This document shows, one piece after another, positions 7,195-14,974 of a stretch of 29,500 nt of DNA. Source of the stretch: a virus (taxonomy: Duplodnaviria; Caudoviricetes); the IMG/VR virus record IMGVR_UViG_3300025267_000079, positions 1 through 29,500 of that record; one strand, given 5' to 3'. Below the pieces are notes generated by a model. It saw nothing but the letters and a program-made list of their open reading frames with translations. It made no database searches and was not told where the DNA came from. The position numbers were made by a program, and so were the translations under genes. The stretch's first letter is position 1. Every line of letters begins with the position of its first letter.

Positions 7195-9170
7195 TAGTTA
7201 CCCCAATCTATGTAATCACTAATTGTAACAGGTTTAGGAGTTTCTGTCAATTTAAAATCCGACTTAGTAGCCCATGAGGGAGCGCAAACTTCGACATCCA
7301 CTTCAAGCGGTATACCTAATGAGTTTTCCTGTAACAACCTTTGAACGTGTGGTGCCACTTCTTCTAACTCATCATTATGAACTTCACAAATAATTTCATC
7401 ATGAACCTGCACTAAAATATTACTTTTTCTATCTTGTAAATATTTATCAACCTCTATCATACGCTCACTTAAAATATCGGCACTCGTACCTTGCACTAAA
7501 TAATTCACTCCTTTATAAGCTAAATCTTTAGGTACAATGTAAAGTCGTCCATATCTATTCTTTATCCATCCCCTGCTACTAACAACTCGTACAACCTTCT
7601 CAAAGAATTCTCGTGATCCTTTTAGTCCCTTAAAATACTTTTTCTTATAATCAGCAGCTTGTTGCATGGGAACACCTAACTGTACCCCTAGTTTGCGGGA
7701 GCCGATTCCATAAATAGTGCCAAAGGTAATAGCTTTTGCCATCTGCCTGTAATATTTATATTCGGCATCATCCTCTTTAACTCCAAACGCTAGCGTTGCT
7801 GCTTCCCCGTGGAAATCCACATCTTCCTTTTTCAATAAAGCTTCAATCTCTGGATTACGGAAATAATCTAAAAATACCCTAACCTCCATTTGAGAATAAT
7901 CAAATGCCACCAAGGAATAATTAGGGCGGGGAATAAACAATCTTCGGATGGAAATTTGTTCTTCATCTTTACTATCGTATGACTCATCCCCAATGAACCC
8001 CCATGTATCAACTACCTCATCGGATAAATCTTTATTATACGTTCCACCCTTCGCAGAGACAGCCGCAGAAATACGCCCACGTACTGTCTCTCTTTCCTCA
8101 CTCGTTAAGGGGTTGTCAGAGAGCCGAAAATGGGTGCGTGGTAAATTTTGAAGATTAGGGTCTCTAGATGAAAGTCTGCCCGTTAAGGTACCCCAATTAC
8201 AGAAGGATGTGTGTACAGTATTAATATCAAAATAGGGTTCAAGGTAAGTAGACCGTAATTTATCTAAGGTTCTATATTGCCGCATGTACCCCGCCACTGG
8301 GTGATTAACTTGGGCTAACGCTTCTTCCCCCCACGAAACATTCCCTTTAGCGGTTTTAACAATAGGCTCGATGCCTAACCCCTTTAAAGCTTCCCCTACT
8401 TGTGCTGGGCTAGTAATTAAAAACTCGTACCCCACAGTTTCAAAGATACGCTTTTTAATCTGTTCTTGACGCTGTAAAATTTTCTCTGCCGATTGCATCG
8501 CATAATCGCTATCAACAGTTATCCCACGTTTCTCCATTGCATATAATACATGAGTAAGTTCTTTCTCAAGTTTAAAAATTTCAGTTTGGTTTGTGCGCTC
8601 TAATTCTTTAATGCGATCTTTATACAATTTCCACGTATATTCTACATCTTTCTCACAATACGGCCCAAGAATCGTTGGGGGTGCCTGAGAGAAATCCTTA
8701 TTCCATTTATTCTTGCGGAGTATTTTCTTCGTGGTTATATCGTATTCTGCCGCTTCTTCGCCGTAACTTCGTTTAATTGTAGCGGTAAGCGAAAATTCTC
8801 TAACATCCGCAGGTTCTGTAAGTCGTACTAATACAATTACATCAAGAAGTTCTTTGTCCGATACAACAAGACCCTCATTCTCTAAGAAATGTAAATCAAA
8901 TTTTATATTGTAGCCTATAAGTGTAGAACGTTCATTCATAACTTCCATTAGTTGGAACAATTGTGGGGGGTGTAAATTCACAGCTTCGAGAGAGGGGTAG
9001 TGCCTAAACGGGAAATAGTATGTATCTCCAGTTTCGACAGCTACCCCAACCCCACAAATCTGATTTTTACCGTGCCACTCTAGACCATTGGTTTCTACGT
9101 CTACAACCCAAGTTGTATACTGTTCAAGGTCTGCAAGAACTGACTCATATGTGTCTGGAGTAACGAGCAT
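7194..9170 (-). CDS. polA: Family A DNA polymerase with 3'-5' exonuclease, no 5'-3' exonuclease
   Basis: ExoI VVDVETNGL, ExoII GYNIKFDLHFL, ExoIII YCEKD; TGRLSSRDPNLQNLP, motif A AFDYSQMEVR, motif B RQMAKAITFGTIYG, NYLVQGTSAD, motif C QVHDEI. Confidence 0.97.
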   Translation of the reverse strand: MLVTPDTYESVLADLEQYTTWVVDVETNGLEWHGKNQICGVGVAVETGDTYYFPFRHYPSLEAVNLHPPQLFQLMEVMNERSTLIGYNIKFDLHFLENEGLVVSDKELLDVIVLVRLTEPADVREFSLTATIKRSYGEEAAEYDITTKKILRKNKWNKDFSQAPPTILGPYCEKDVEYTWKLYKDRIKELERTNQTEIFKLEKELTHVLYAMEKRGITVDSDYAMQSAEKILQRQEQIKKRIFETVGYEFLITSPAQVGEALKGLGIEPIVKTAKGNVSWGEEALAQVNHPVAGYMRQYRTLDKLRSTYLEPYFDINTVHTSFCNWGTLTGRLSSRDPNLQNLPRTHFRLSDNPLTSEERETVRGRISAAVSAKGGTYNKDLSDEVVDTWGFIGDESYDSKDEEQISIRRLFIPRPNYSLVAFDYSQMEVRVFLDYFRNPEIEALLKKEDVDFHGEAATLAFGVKEDDAEYKYYRQMAKAITFGTIYGIGSRKLGVQLGVPMQQAADYKKKYFKGLKGSREFFEKVVRVVSSRGWIKNRYGRLYIVPKDLAYKGVNYLVQGTSADILSERMIEVDKYLQDRKSNILVQVHDEIICEVHNDELEEVAPHVQRLLQENSLGIPLEVDVEVCAPSWATKSDFKLTETPKPVTISDYIDWGN

Positions 9171-9871
9171 TAGTTGAAGAGGTCATCATCCAGCAATGTT
9201 ACTTCTTCTGTCTCCAACGACACACCTTCACTAGAGGGAGTTGTTTGACTTACCTGACCGTAACGATCTTTATAGTAGTCTTTAATCCCTGCAAGTTTAG
9301 CGATTTCGGATATTTTCTCAGCAGGTACATCAGTATTTCTAGCTGTGGCTGTCACGGTGTATGATGTATCGTACATTCCTGTGCCAGTACGCTTCACCCT
9401 AACAACACCCTTGTTCAATGCTCCCCAATCATTATAGACATCTACAAGTTGGTTCCAAATGTAATTACTTCGACCAAAACCTAACGGAATTACTCTAAAA
9501 TCATTAACATGTTGAACGAACATTTTCTTACCTTGAGGGCCTTCAACTTCTTCCCAATCATCGAACCGCTTCTCAGTGTGCATAACATCGTGGACATATG
9601 CCCAAAATGCAAACTTATGAGATGGCCTTATATTATCGGGAACATCTGATGCATCTACGTCGTCATCTTTTAGGAGATTAATCCAACGGTTCCCAGATCG
9701 GTACGTGTAGAGATGTACCTCATCTAAAAGAAGATCATTTTCCTCACCAGTCGCTACCGGGGTAAGGAAAGCTTGATCACCATCTTTGAAAAAGACTTCC
9801 TGACCAGCGGTTTGTGATTGAGGGTTCGCTCGTTCGTCAACCCTGTTTTGTATAGCGGATATACCACCCAT
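9170..9871 (-). CDS. Single-stranded DNA-binding protein (gp32-like)
   Basis: Aromatic-rich OB-like core, VKRTGTGMYDTSYTV motif, acidic C-terminal tail LLDDDLFN; lies between primase and polymerase. Confidence 0.75.
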   Translation of the reverse strand: MGGISAIQNRVDERANPQSQTAGQEVFFKDGDQAFLTPVATGEENDLLLDEVHLYTYRSGNRWINLLKDDDVDASDVPDNIRPSHKFAFWAYVHDVMHTEKRFDDWEEVEGPQGKKMFVQHVNDFRVIPLGFGRSNYIWNQLVDVYNDWGALNKGVVRVKRTGTGMYDTSYTVTATARNTDVPAEKISEIAKLAGIKDYYKDRYGQVSQTTPSSEGVSLETEEVTLLDDDLFN

Positions 9872-9890
9872 ATTTACACTCCTTTAGCCT

Positions 9891-10751
9891 TTACCAAAAG
9901 GCTCTATTATCAATTACTTGTTTAAGTAATGTTTGTTGACGTATCTCTTGTACGTCTTTTACCCGTTCGGGTAACTCTATCCATGATACCACACAACTAT
10001 CTCTCATGCAACTATTAATTTTATTAATTGCTGTTTGACCGGCATCATCATTATCTAAGCATAACACAATTTCTTCGGGGCGTAATGCTTTTAACCTATC
10101 TTGTTGTGCGTAAGAAAAAGAAGCCCCTAATAAGGCAACACTTGTGTATCCGTTCTGGTTTAACCACATAGTATCTAAGGCCCCCTCTGTAATACAGATA
10201 GTCTGCGTCGATTGTATCTTATGTTCCCCAAATAAAAGTTGAGACTTTCTCAAACCCTTAGAATACATATACTTGGGAGTCGCATCAATCCTACGTTCCA
10301 TCCATCCCACCAAGCGTTGTTTGGCATCATAAACGGGGATAATTAAATCCCCGTAGTCATTCATGCCGCAATCCCAATCTTTTAGAGTTTTACGAGAAAA
10401 CCCCCTATCAAAAATCCACTCAGGAACTATCTGACGCTTACCGGGGTATTCAACTTCAGCAAGTTCGTCCTCACTTGGAAATTCGTTCTCAAAGAAATCA
10501 AAATCAAATTCAACTGCATTATTTGCAATGTCCCGTTGTATATTTTCTATACCTTGACCTGTAAATTTTGAAAGAAGCGTTACTAAAGAACCCTGCCCAC
10601 ATCCTGCAAAACATATCCATTTACCTATCGTTACATTAATTGAACAGGAGGGTAATTCATCTATATGAAAGGGGCAAGAAATATTAAATTGGTCACGTTC
10701 TAACGGAACATCTATCCCCGCATCCAATAATAAACTAGCCCAATTAACCAC
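9891..10751 (-). CDS. dnaG: DnaG-type DNA primase
   Basis: Zn finger CPFH..PSCS..WICFAGCG; LIIPVYD..VGW..RRI..PKY; TOPRIM ITEGALD and LCLDNDDAG; GTG start. Confidence 0.93.
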   Translation of the reverse strand: MVNWASLLLDAGIDVPLERDQFNISCPFHIDELPSCSINVTIGKWICFAGCGQGSLVTLLSKFTGQGIENIQRDIANNAVEFDFDFFENEFPSEDELAEVEYPGKRQIVPEWIFDRGFSRKTLKDWDCGMNDYGDLIIPVYDAKQRLVGWMERRIDATPKYMYSKGLRKSQLLFGEHKIQSTQTICITEGALDTMWLNQNGYTSVALLGASFSYAQQDRLKALRPEEIVLCLDNDDAGQTAINKINSCMRDSCVVSWIELPERVKDVQEIRQQTLLKQVIDNRAFW

Positions 10752-10954
10752 TACGACAAACTTTCTCGCTTTACCTTCGAGGCACGTAGAAACAATACAA
10801 TATCACTACTGTAACCATTAGTATCTACTACCCGCCCACGCTTTATATCCCCAATAGTAATGGCTACTTTTGGTTTTCCCGGCCCTTTAGACGTACCCTG
10901 TTTTACAACAATGCTATCTGAATTTTTAAATATATCAAACAATCCCATTATCAT
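10751..10954 (-). CDS. Hypothetical small protein
   Basis: 67 aa ORF with AAGGAG RBS, fills the gap between helicase and primase; the start may be the second Met (MGLFDIFK). Confidence 0.65.
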   Translation of the reverse strand: MIMGLFDIFKNSDSIVVKQGTSKGPGKPKVAITIGDIKRGRVVDTNGYSSDIVLFLRASKVKRESLS

Positions 10955-10963
10955 TACTCCTTA

Positions 10964-12223
10964 TTAAAAGTCATCATCTTCACCAACAAGTTCAAACTCA
11001 TTATCTTCATACATAATACCACAATCTACGTCCCAATGCAAGTAATATTCTTCGGACGGTAACACACCATCTCGATACTTCTGTATCTGCATTAAACGTT
11101 TATCATCATGATCTTCAATAAGACACATAGCCATAGCAACATCAGCCGCTCGTATAAGAGCATCACCAAACGCTACTTGATCTGCCCTAGGAGGCTCAAA
11201 CATATTTGCCGCCTCTCTAGTGGCTTGTGTTGAAACCCATATAGCTGTATTTGTAGAGATACAAAGATTTTTCATCCCATAGAAAAGGGCGTGTGATTGC
11301 TCCCACATAGCTTTTTTGCTATCTCCTGAAGAAATTAAATAGATACCATCTAACACTACAAAGTCAGGTGAATGCTTTCGGACTAACCTAGCAATACTCT
11401 CTATAGAAATAGTAGCCTCTCCTTCTATATGGTCACATACTAACAATGAACGCCCATTTAATTCTTTTAGGAACTTCATATACTGTTCCTCGTCAATAGG
11501 GTCTCCATTACGTAATGCTCTATGTGAAAAGTTATAGCCCATTTTCTTGGCTAGTACTACATCTGCTCGTAAGCTTATAGCCGATATTGTCATTTCAGTA
11601 GAAATTAATAACGTCTTATACCCATTCATAACAGCGGTAGCCGCAGCTTCCACACACATCCAAGTCTTACCGACGGTTGGGCGGGCAAACATAGCAATTA
11701 ATTCCCCCGGCATCCACCCCACACCTGTATTATTAAACGAAGTAAATGGAGTCGGTATACCCATTAAACCATCCCCCATTTGCCGACGCTTGGTTCGTTC
11801 TTTCCACTCTTCTAATCTAGCAGGAGTTCCATCATTATATATGGACACATCCTCGTCAGTTTCTATTTCGACATCTCCTAACGTAGAAATAATCGACGAA
11901 AGGGCTTTTGAGGGATTATCTTTCAATAATTCTTTTTGTGACTGAATTGAATTGACAATTTTTCTATAAACTACTTGATCTTTAAATTGATCTACAGCAT
12001 AGTCATAATTTAATGTTTGTGCTGACGTATCTAACGTTGGGTAATTTTCTGACAAAGTAGATATAGAGGGGGTCTCTTTATATTGATCTACATAATTAAT
12101 AATAAATGTATGTACTTCTCCATGCTTTGCGAAATCTTTACCAGTGTATCTAAAGTTTTTAAAGTTTATGGGGTCTACCAGATTAAATAAAACACCGGAT
12201 TCAATATATTCAAAACTCTGCAT
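10964..12223 (-). CDS. dnaB: DnaB-like replicative helicase
   Basis: Walker A FARPTVGKT, ISTEM, Walker B VVLDGIYL, STQATR, ADV, KYRDG. Start reassigned to ATG at 12223 (MQSFEYIE; GAGGT RBS; follows the upstream stop) rather than 12274. Confidence 0.93.
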   Translation of the reverse strand: MQSFEYIESGVLFNLVDPINFKNFRYTGKDFAKHGEVHTFIINYVDQYKETPSISTLSENYPTLDTSAQTLNYDYAVDQFKDQVVYRKIVNSIQSQKELLKDNPSKALSSIISTLGDVEIETDEDVSIYNDGTPARLEEWKERTKRRQMGDGLMGIPTPFTSFNNTGVGWMPGELIAMFARPTVGKTWMCVEAAATAVMNGYKTLLISTEMTISAISLRADVVLAKKMGYNFSHRALRNGDPIDEEQYMKFLKELNGRSLLVCDHIEGEATISIESIARLVRKHSPDFVVLDGIYLISSGDSKKAMWEQSHALFYGMKNLCISTNTAIWVSTQATREAANMFEPPRADQVAFGDALIRAADVAMAMCLIEDHDDKRLMQIQKYRDGVLPSEEYYLHWDVDCGIMYEDNEFELVGEDDDF

Positions 12224-12225
12224 TA

Positions 12226-12507
12226 CTACCTCGCTATATATATCACTCGTGGGCCATGACCATGAATATAGCATACCACACCATCTACCGCTTTGTCATC
12301 AGCAATTTTCTTAGCTTCTGGAAAAGAGGAGAAAGTTCCTTCTATCCATACCTCTTGATTATAACTAAATCCAACCCTTGCAATAGATATCACTCGATAT
12401 TGTCCATCAGGAGCGGTACGTCCGCTTAGATCGCTAACAAGCAACTGTTTTCTTTTAGGTGGGGTAAATTTAGAAAATCCCCCTTTTCTATTAGTTCTCT
12501 TTGGCAT
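12226..12507 (-). CDS. Hypothetical basic protein
   Basis: Start reassigned to ATG at 12507 (MPKRTNRK; GGAG RBS upstream). Confidence 0.6.
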   Translation of the reverse strand: MPKRTNRKGGFSKFTPPKRKQLLVSDLSGRTAPDGQYRVISIARVGFSYNQEVWIEGTFSSFPEAKKIADDKAVDGVVCYIHGHGPRVIYIAR

Positions 12508-12934
12508 TTGACCACTCCAATAACTTTGTTTCAATTTTCTTCTTACGCTGCTCGGAGGAAGCAGTTGGAAACCATTTAGTGTCTAAGAGTATATATTTGC
12601 GCCAGTACGCTTTTACCTTATTATTTCCATACGCCATGACTTTATAATACAATTCCGGGTTATGATCAGTCAAGTAATACTTAAACTCAAAACCCTTAAG
12701 AATATATTTAATGGATACATAATCTGAGTTAGTATTAATACCGTTATAGAAACCTGATAAAACCTTAAACAAACCATATTTTTCAATAGCTTGTTTAATA
12801 ATTTTTAAATCATAACCTATAAAGCCTTTATCTATATAGTCCTTATGGTGTTTACGTGAATATAGCCAAGTAAATTCTTTTCGCACATCCTGCGAATTGA
12901 AATCACTTAAAGGTTTTCCGTTCCGTTTAACCAT
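12491..12934 (-). CDS. Hypothetical protein (possible replication initiation/helicase-loading factor)
   Basis: Basic, Tyr/Lys-rich helical protein between the sigma factor and helicase; function is a positional guess. Confidence 0.5.
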   Translation of the reverse strand: MVKRNGKPLSDFNSQDVRKEFTWLYSRKHHKDYIDKGFIGYDLKIIKQAIEKYGLFKVLSGFYNGINTNSDYVSIKYILKGFEFKYYLTDHNPELYYKVMAYGNNKVKAYWRKYILLDTKWFPTASSEQRKKKIETKLLEWSNAKEN

Positions 12935-13464
12935 AGCAAAAGCCCTTGTTCTGTCCTGCCGCCCAATTTCTGCTTTATTCGATTACGAATTTTATAAGCA
13001 GACTCTTGTAGGGTATTAGAAATTTCATCCATTGTCAAATTTTCCATGCGTAATTCTAAAAAAGAACCTTCAATTTCGGAAAGTTTTAATCGTTCTAATA
13101 TAGAGTTTAACGTAAGTTTAGAATCCATGTCAACTGTAACTGATAAAGCTTTCTGGGCTGCTGGACTACCTACCCAATGATCGGATGCATAGTCTTCAAA
13201 AGAAAGAAACATATCTAAACTACGTAATGCAGGGCGACGTTGTGCCTTTGTAATAAGGGTTCGGATAGTATTAATCATCGTGGTATGTAAATAAGTATGA
13301 AAAGATACTTTACGTTCAGGGTCAAACCCTTTAGCTGCCTTAAGGATAGAAATTCGTAATTCTTGTGCGATATCTTCTCTATCCATACCCCTAATCGAAG
13401 TGGTTTGTAACATTCGATTTATTTTGGGTTCCCATTGCTTTATTAAATTATCGTCGATCAGCAT
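12907..13464 (-). CDS. Phage-encoded sigma70-family sigma factor (regions 2 and 4 only)
   Basis: Region 2: DREDIAQELRISILKAAKGFDPERKVSFHTYLHTTMINTIR; region 4 HTH: LELRMENLTMDEISNTLQES. Confidence 0.88.
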   Translation of the reverse strand: MLIDDNLIKQWEPKINRMLQTTSIRGMDREDIAQELRISILKAAKGFDPERKVSFHTYLHTTMINTIRTLITKAQRRPALRSLDMFLSFEDYASDHWVGSPAAQKALSVTVDMDSKLTLNSILERLKLSEIEGSFLELRMENLTMDEISNTLQESAYKIRNRIKQKLGGRTEQGLLLWLNGTENL

Positions 13465-13503
13465 CCATAAGTTACCCCCTTACCCTCTAATTGATATACT
13501 TAT

Positions 13504-13532
13504 AGTATAGCACACTTAAGCTGGGAAATCAA
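13504..13532 (-). promoter_or_regulatory. Sigma70-like promoter upstream of the sigma factor/replication operon
   Basis: TTGATT (13532-13527), 17-nt spacer, TATACT (13509-13504) with extended -10 TG. Confidence 0.7.
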
Positions 13533-13945
13533 TTCAATTCATAGCTCTTCTCTTCTTTTCGGGCTTTATAGAGGCAAGCTTTACTGCAATAAATATACTT
13601 ACTTTTAGAAGATAGCAACTGATGTCGTCTACGCCTAAATGGGGTTCGACAGAATTTACAATGTACTAAAATTCTATGATAATTATACCGACAACTTTCA
13701 TGTATATGGTGAATACGTTCCGCACGAGTTGCTGAAAATATAACATCTTCCCCACACGCTTTGCATTCAATTCTTTTTGGGATGTTCTTTTTAGCAATAA
13801 GTATACTTCTAGTAGGAAGATCAGCCTTTTTTAGAACTCTATGGACATATGCTTTATCCACGCCGATCTGTTCAGCCATCTTTGTTAAACGTATAATTGG
13901 ATTTTCTGTACGTAAGCGAACTATTTGTTCCCGTTTAGAAGGCAT
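13529..13945 (-). CDS. HTH plus Zn-finger DNA-binding protein
   Basis: N-terminal HTH (LTKMAEQIGVDKAYVHRVLKK), then CKACG..HIHESC and CKFC..YCSKAC treble-clef-like fingers. Confidence 0.75.
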   Translation of the reverse strand: MPSKREQIVRLRTENPIIRLTKMAEQIGVDKAYVHRVLKKADLPTRSILIAKKNIPKRIECKACGEDVIFSATRAERIHHIHESCRYNYHRILVHCKFCRTPFRRRRHQLLSSKSKYIYCSKACLYKARKEEKSYELN

Positions 13946-13952
13946 ATAACTT

Positions 13953-14072
13953 TTATTCTATAGTAGCGTCGAAATCTTCTGGGGCAGGAGCTTCTTCTAC
14001 TTGGTTAGGATTAAAGTTTTCAACCGTAACAATCTCAGCGTCAGCTTCCACATTAGGATTGAAATTGACCAA
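13953..14072 (-). CDS. Small acidic 39-aa protein (unannotated)
   Basis: TTG start directly after the upstream TAA, AAGGAG RBS upstream; MVNFNPNVEADAEIVTVENFNPNQVEEAPAPEDFDATIE*; fills the intergenic gap. Confidence 0.6.
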   Translation of the reverse strand: MVNFNPNVEADAEIVTVENFNPNQVEEAPAPEDFDATIE

Positions 14073-14969
14073 TTAATTTTTCTCCTTTAATTCGTTAACT
14101 TCTTGTCGCAATTTTGTAACTTCCTCTAGCAACATAACTGATAAACCATTATATTTCACTGATTCTGGCTTCCCTTCTTTATTGTAATTAATTAATTCAG
14201 GATACACTTCATTAACTTCTTCTGCTATTAAACCAATATCTGGAGCATTATCAGATTTATAGTTGTAACTTACTGGTCTTAAACTGTCAAGTTTTGAGGA
14301 ATCGAAATCTAAAGTTTCTACATTATCTTTATATTGTATAGAGCTAGATTTTTTTGCAAATAAACCACCAGCCGTTACAATTACATCGGTTCCTGTAGTG
14401 GTTGTCGTAGTAGCATAAATTCCTGACGCTGTGGTAATAAATCTTGCAGTTCCTGCGACTGAAATAGAAACTTGATCATCCCCGTACTGGTACATCCCAG
14501 AATTGGGGTCGCTCGTAAAAGAAAAAGTCGGTGCGCCTTGAGTACCATCACCTGATAAAATTCTACCTACTGGAGATAAAATGCTATCCGGAGTAGCTTT
14601 TATCCTTGTGTTAGCCCCACCCGCTAAAGAAATATTTGTCTCTAATTCATAAGTAGCGTGGAGACCACTTGCCGATGTTTGCGCTTTCATTGTAGCAATT
14701 TTTAATCTATTTTTAGAACTTATATATAATTTAGCTGATAGGTTTCTAAGACTCGTCCTTGAAACTGCCGTATCTAAATAAAGAATATACTCACCATCCC
14801 CTACAGTTAAAGTCGCACTTGATGCCCCAATCTCATATACATCCCCATTATCTCCAGTTAATTGAAAATCTCCTGATGGGGAGCCGGGGGAGCCGGGAAC
14901 GTATTTTGCCCACGCAACCGTCTGATAATCGGAACTTGTTATTTCTGCGTTCATAAGCCATTTAGTCAT
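14073..14969 (-). CDS. Tail spike/fibre with C-terminal intramolecular chaperone (peptidase S74)
   Basis: GTQGAPTFSFTSDPNSGMY fibre motif; KSSSIQYKDNV..LRPVSYNYK..IGLIAEEVNEVYPELI..VKYNGL and a terminal coiled coil. Confidence 0.88.
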   Translation of the reverse strand: MTKWLMNAEITSSDYQTVAWAKYVPGSPGSPSGDFQLTGDNGDVYEIGASSATLTVGDGEYILYLDTAVSRTSLRNLSAKLYISSKNRLKIATMKAQTSASGLHATYELETNISLAGGANTRIKATPDSILSPVGRILSGDGTQGAPTFSFTSDPNSGMYQYGDDQVSISVAGTARFITTASGIYATTTTTTGTDVIVTAGGLFAKKSSSIQYKDNVETLDFDSSKLDSLRPVSYNYKSDNAPDIGLIAEEVNEVYPELINYNKEGKPESVKYNGLSVMLLEEVTKLRQEVNELKEKN

Positions 14970-14974
14970 TGCGT

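Noticed and set aside
7950-8138. PolA insertion as an intein or intron
   Set aside because: Only ~55 aa, in frame, with no N-terminal Cys/Ser splice motif, no His-Asn followed by Cys/Ser/Thr, and no homing endonuclease motif
12224-12274. Longer helicase start at 12274 given in the ORF track
   Set aside because: It overlaps the upstream gene; the ATG at 12223 has an RBS and follows the upstream stop
14070-14075. Stop-codon readthrough fusing the S74 spike to the 39-aa ORF
   Set aside because: The frames match, but TAA is an efficient stop used throughout the window and the small ORF has its own RBS; the chaperone domain would be cleaved off anyway
14878-14895. 9-bp tandem repeat GGGGAGCCG x2
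   Set aside because: Only two copies, encoding a PGSPGS linker in frame; no evidence of phase variation
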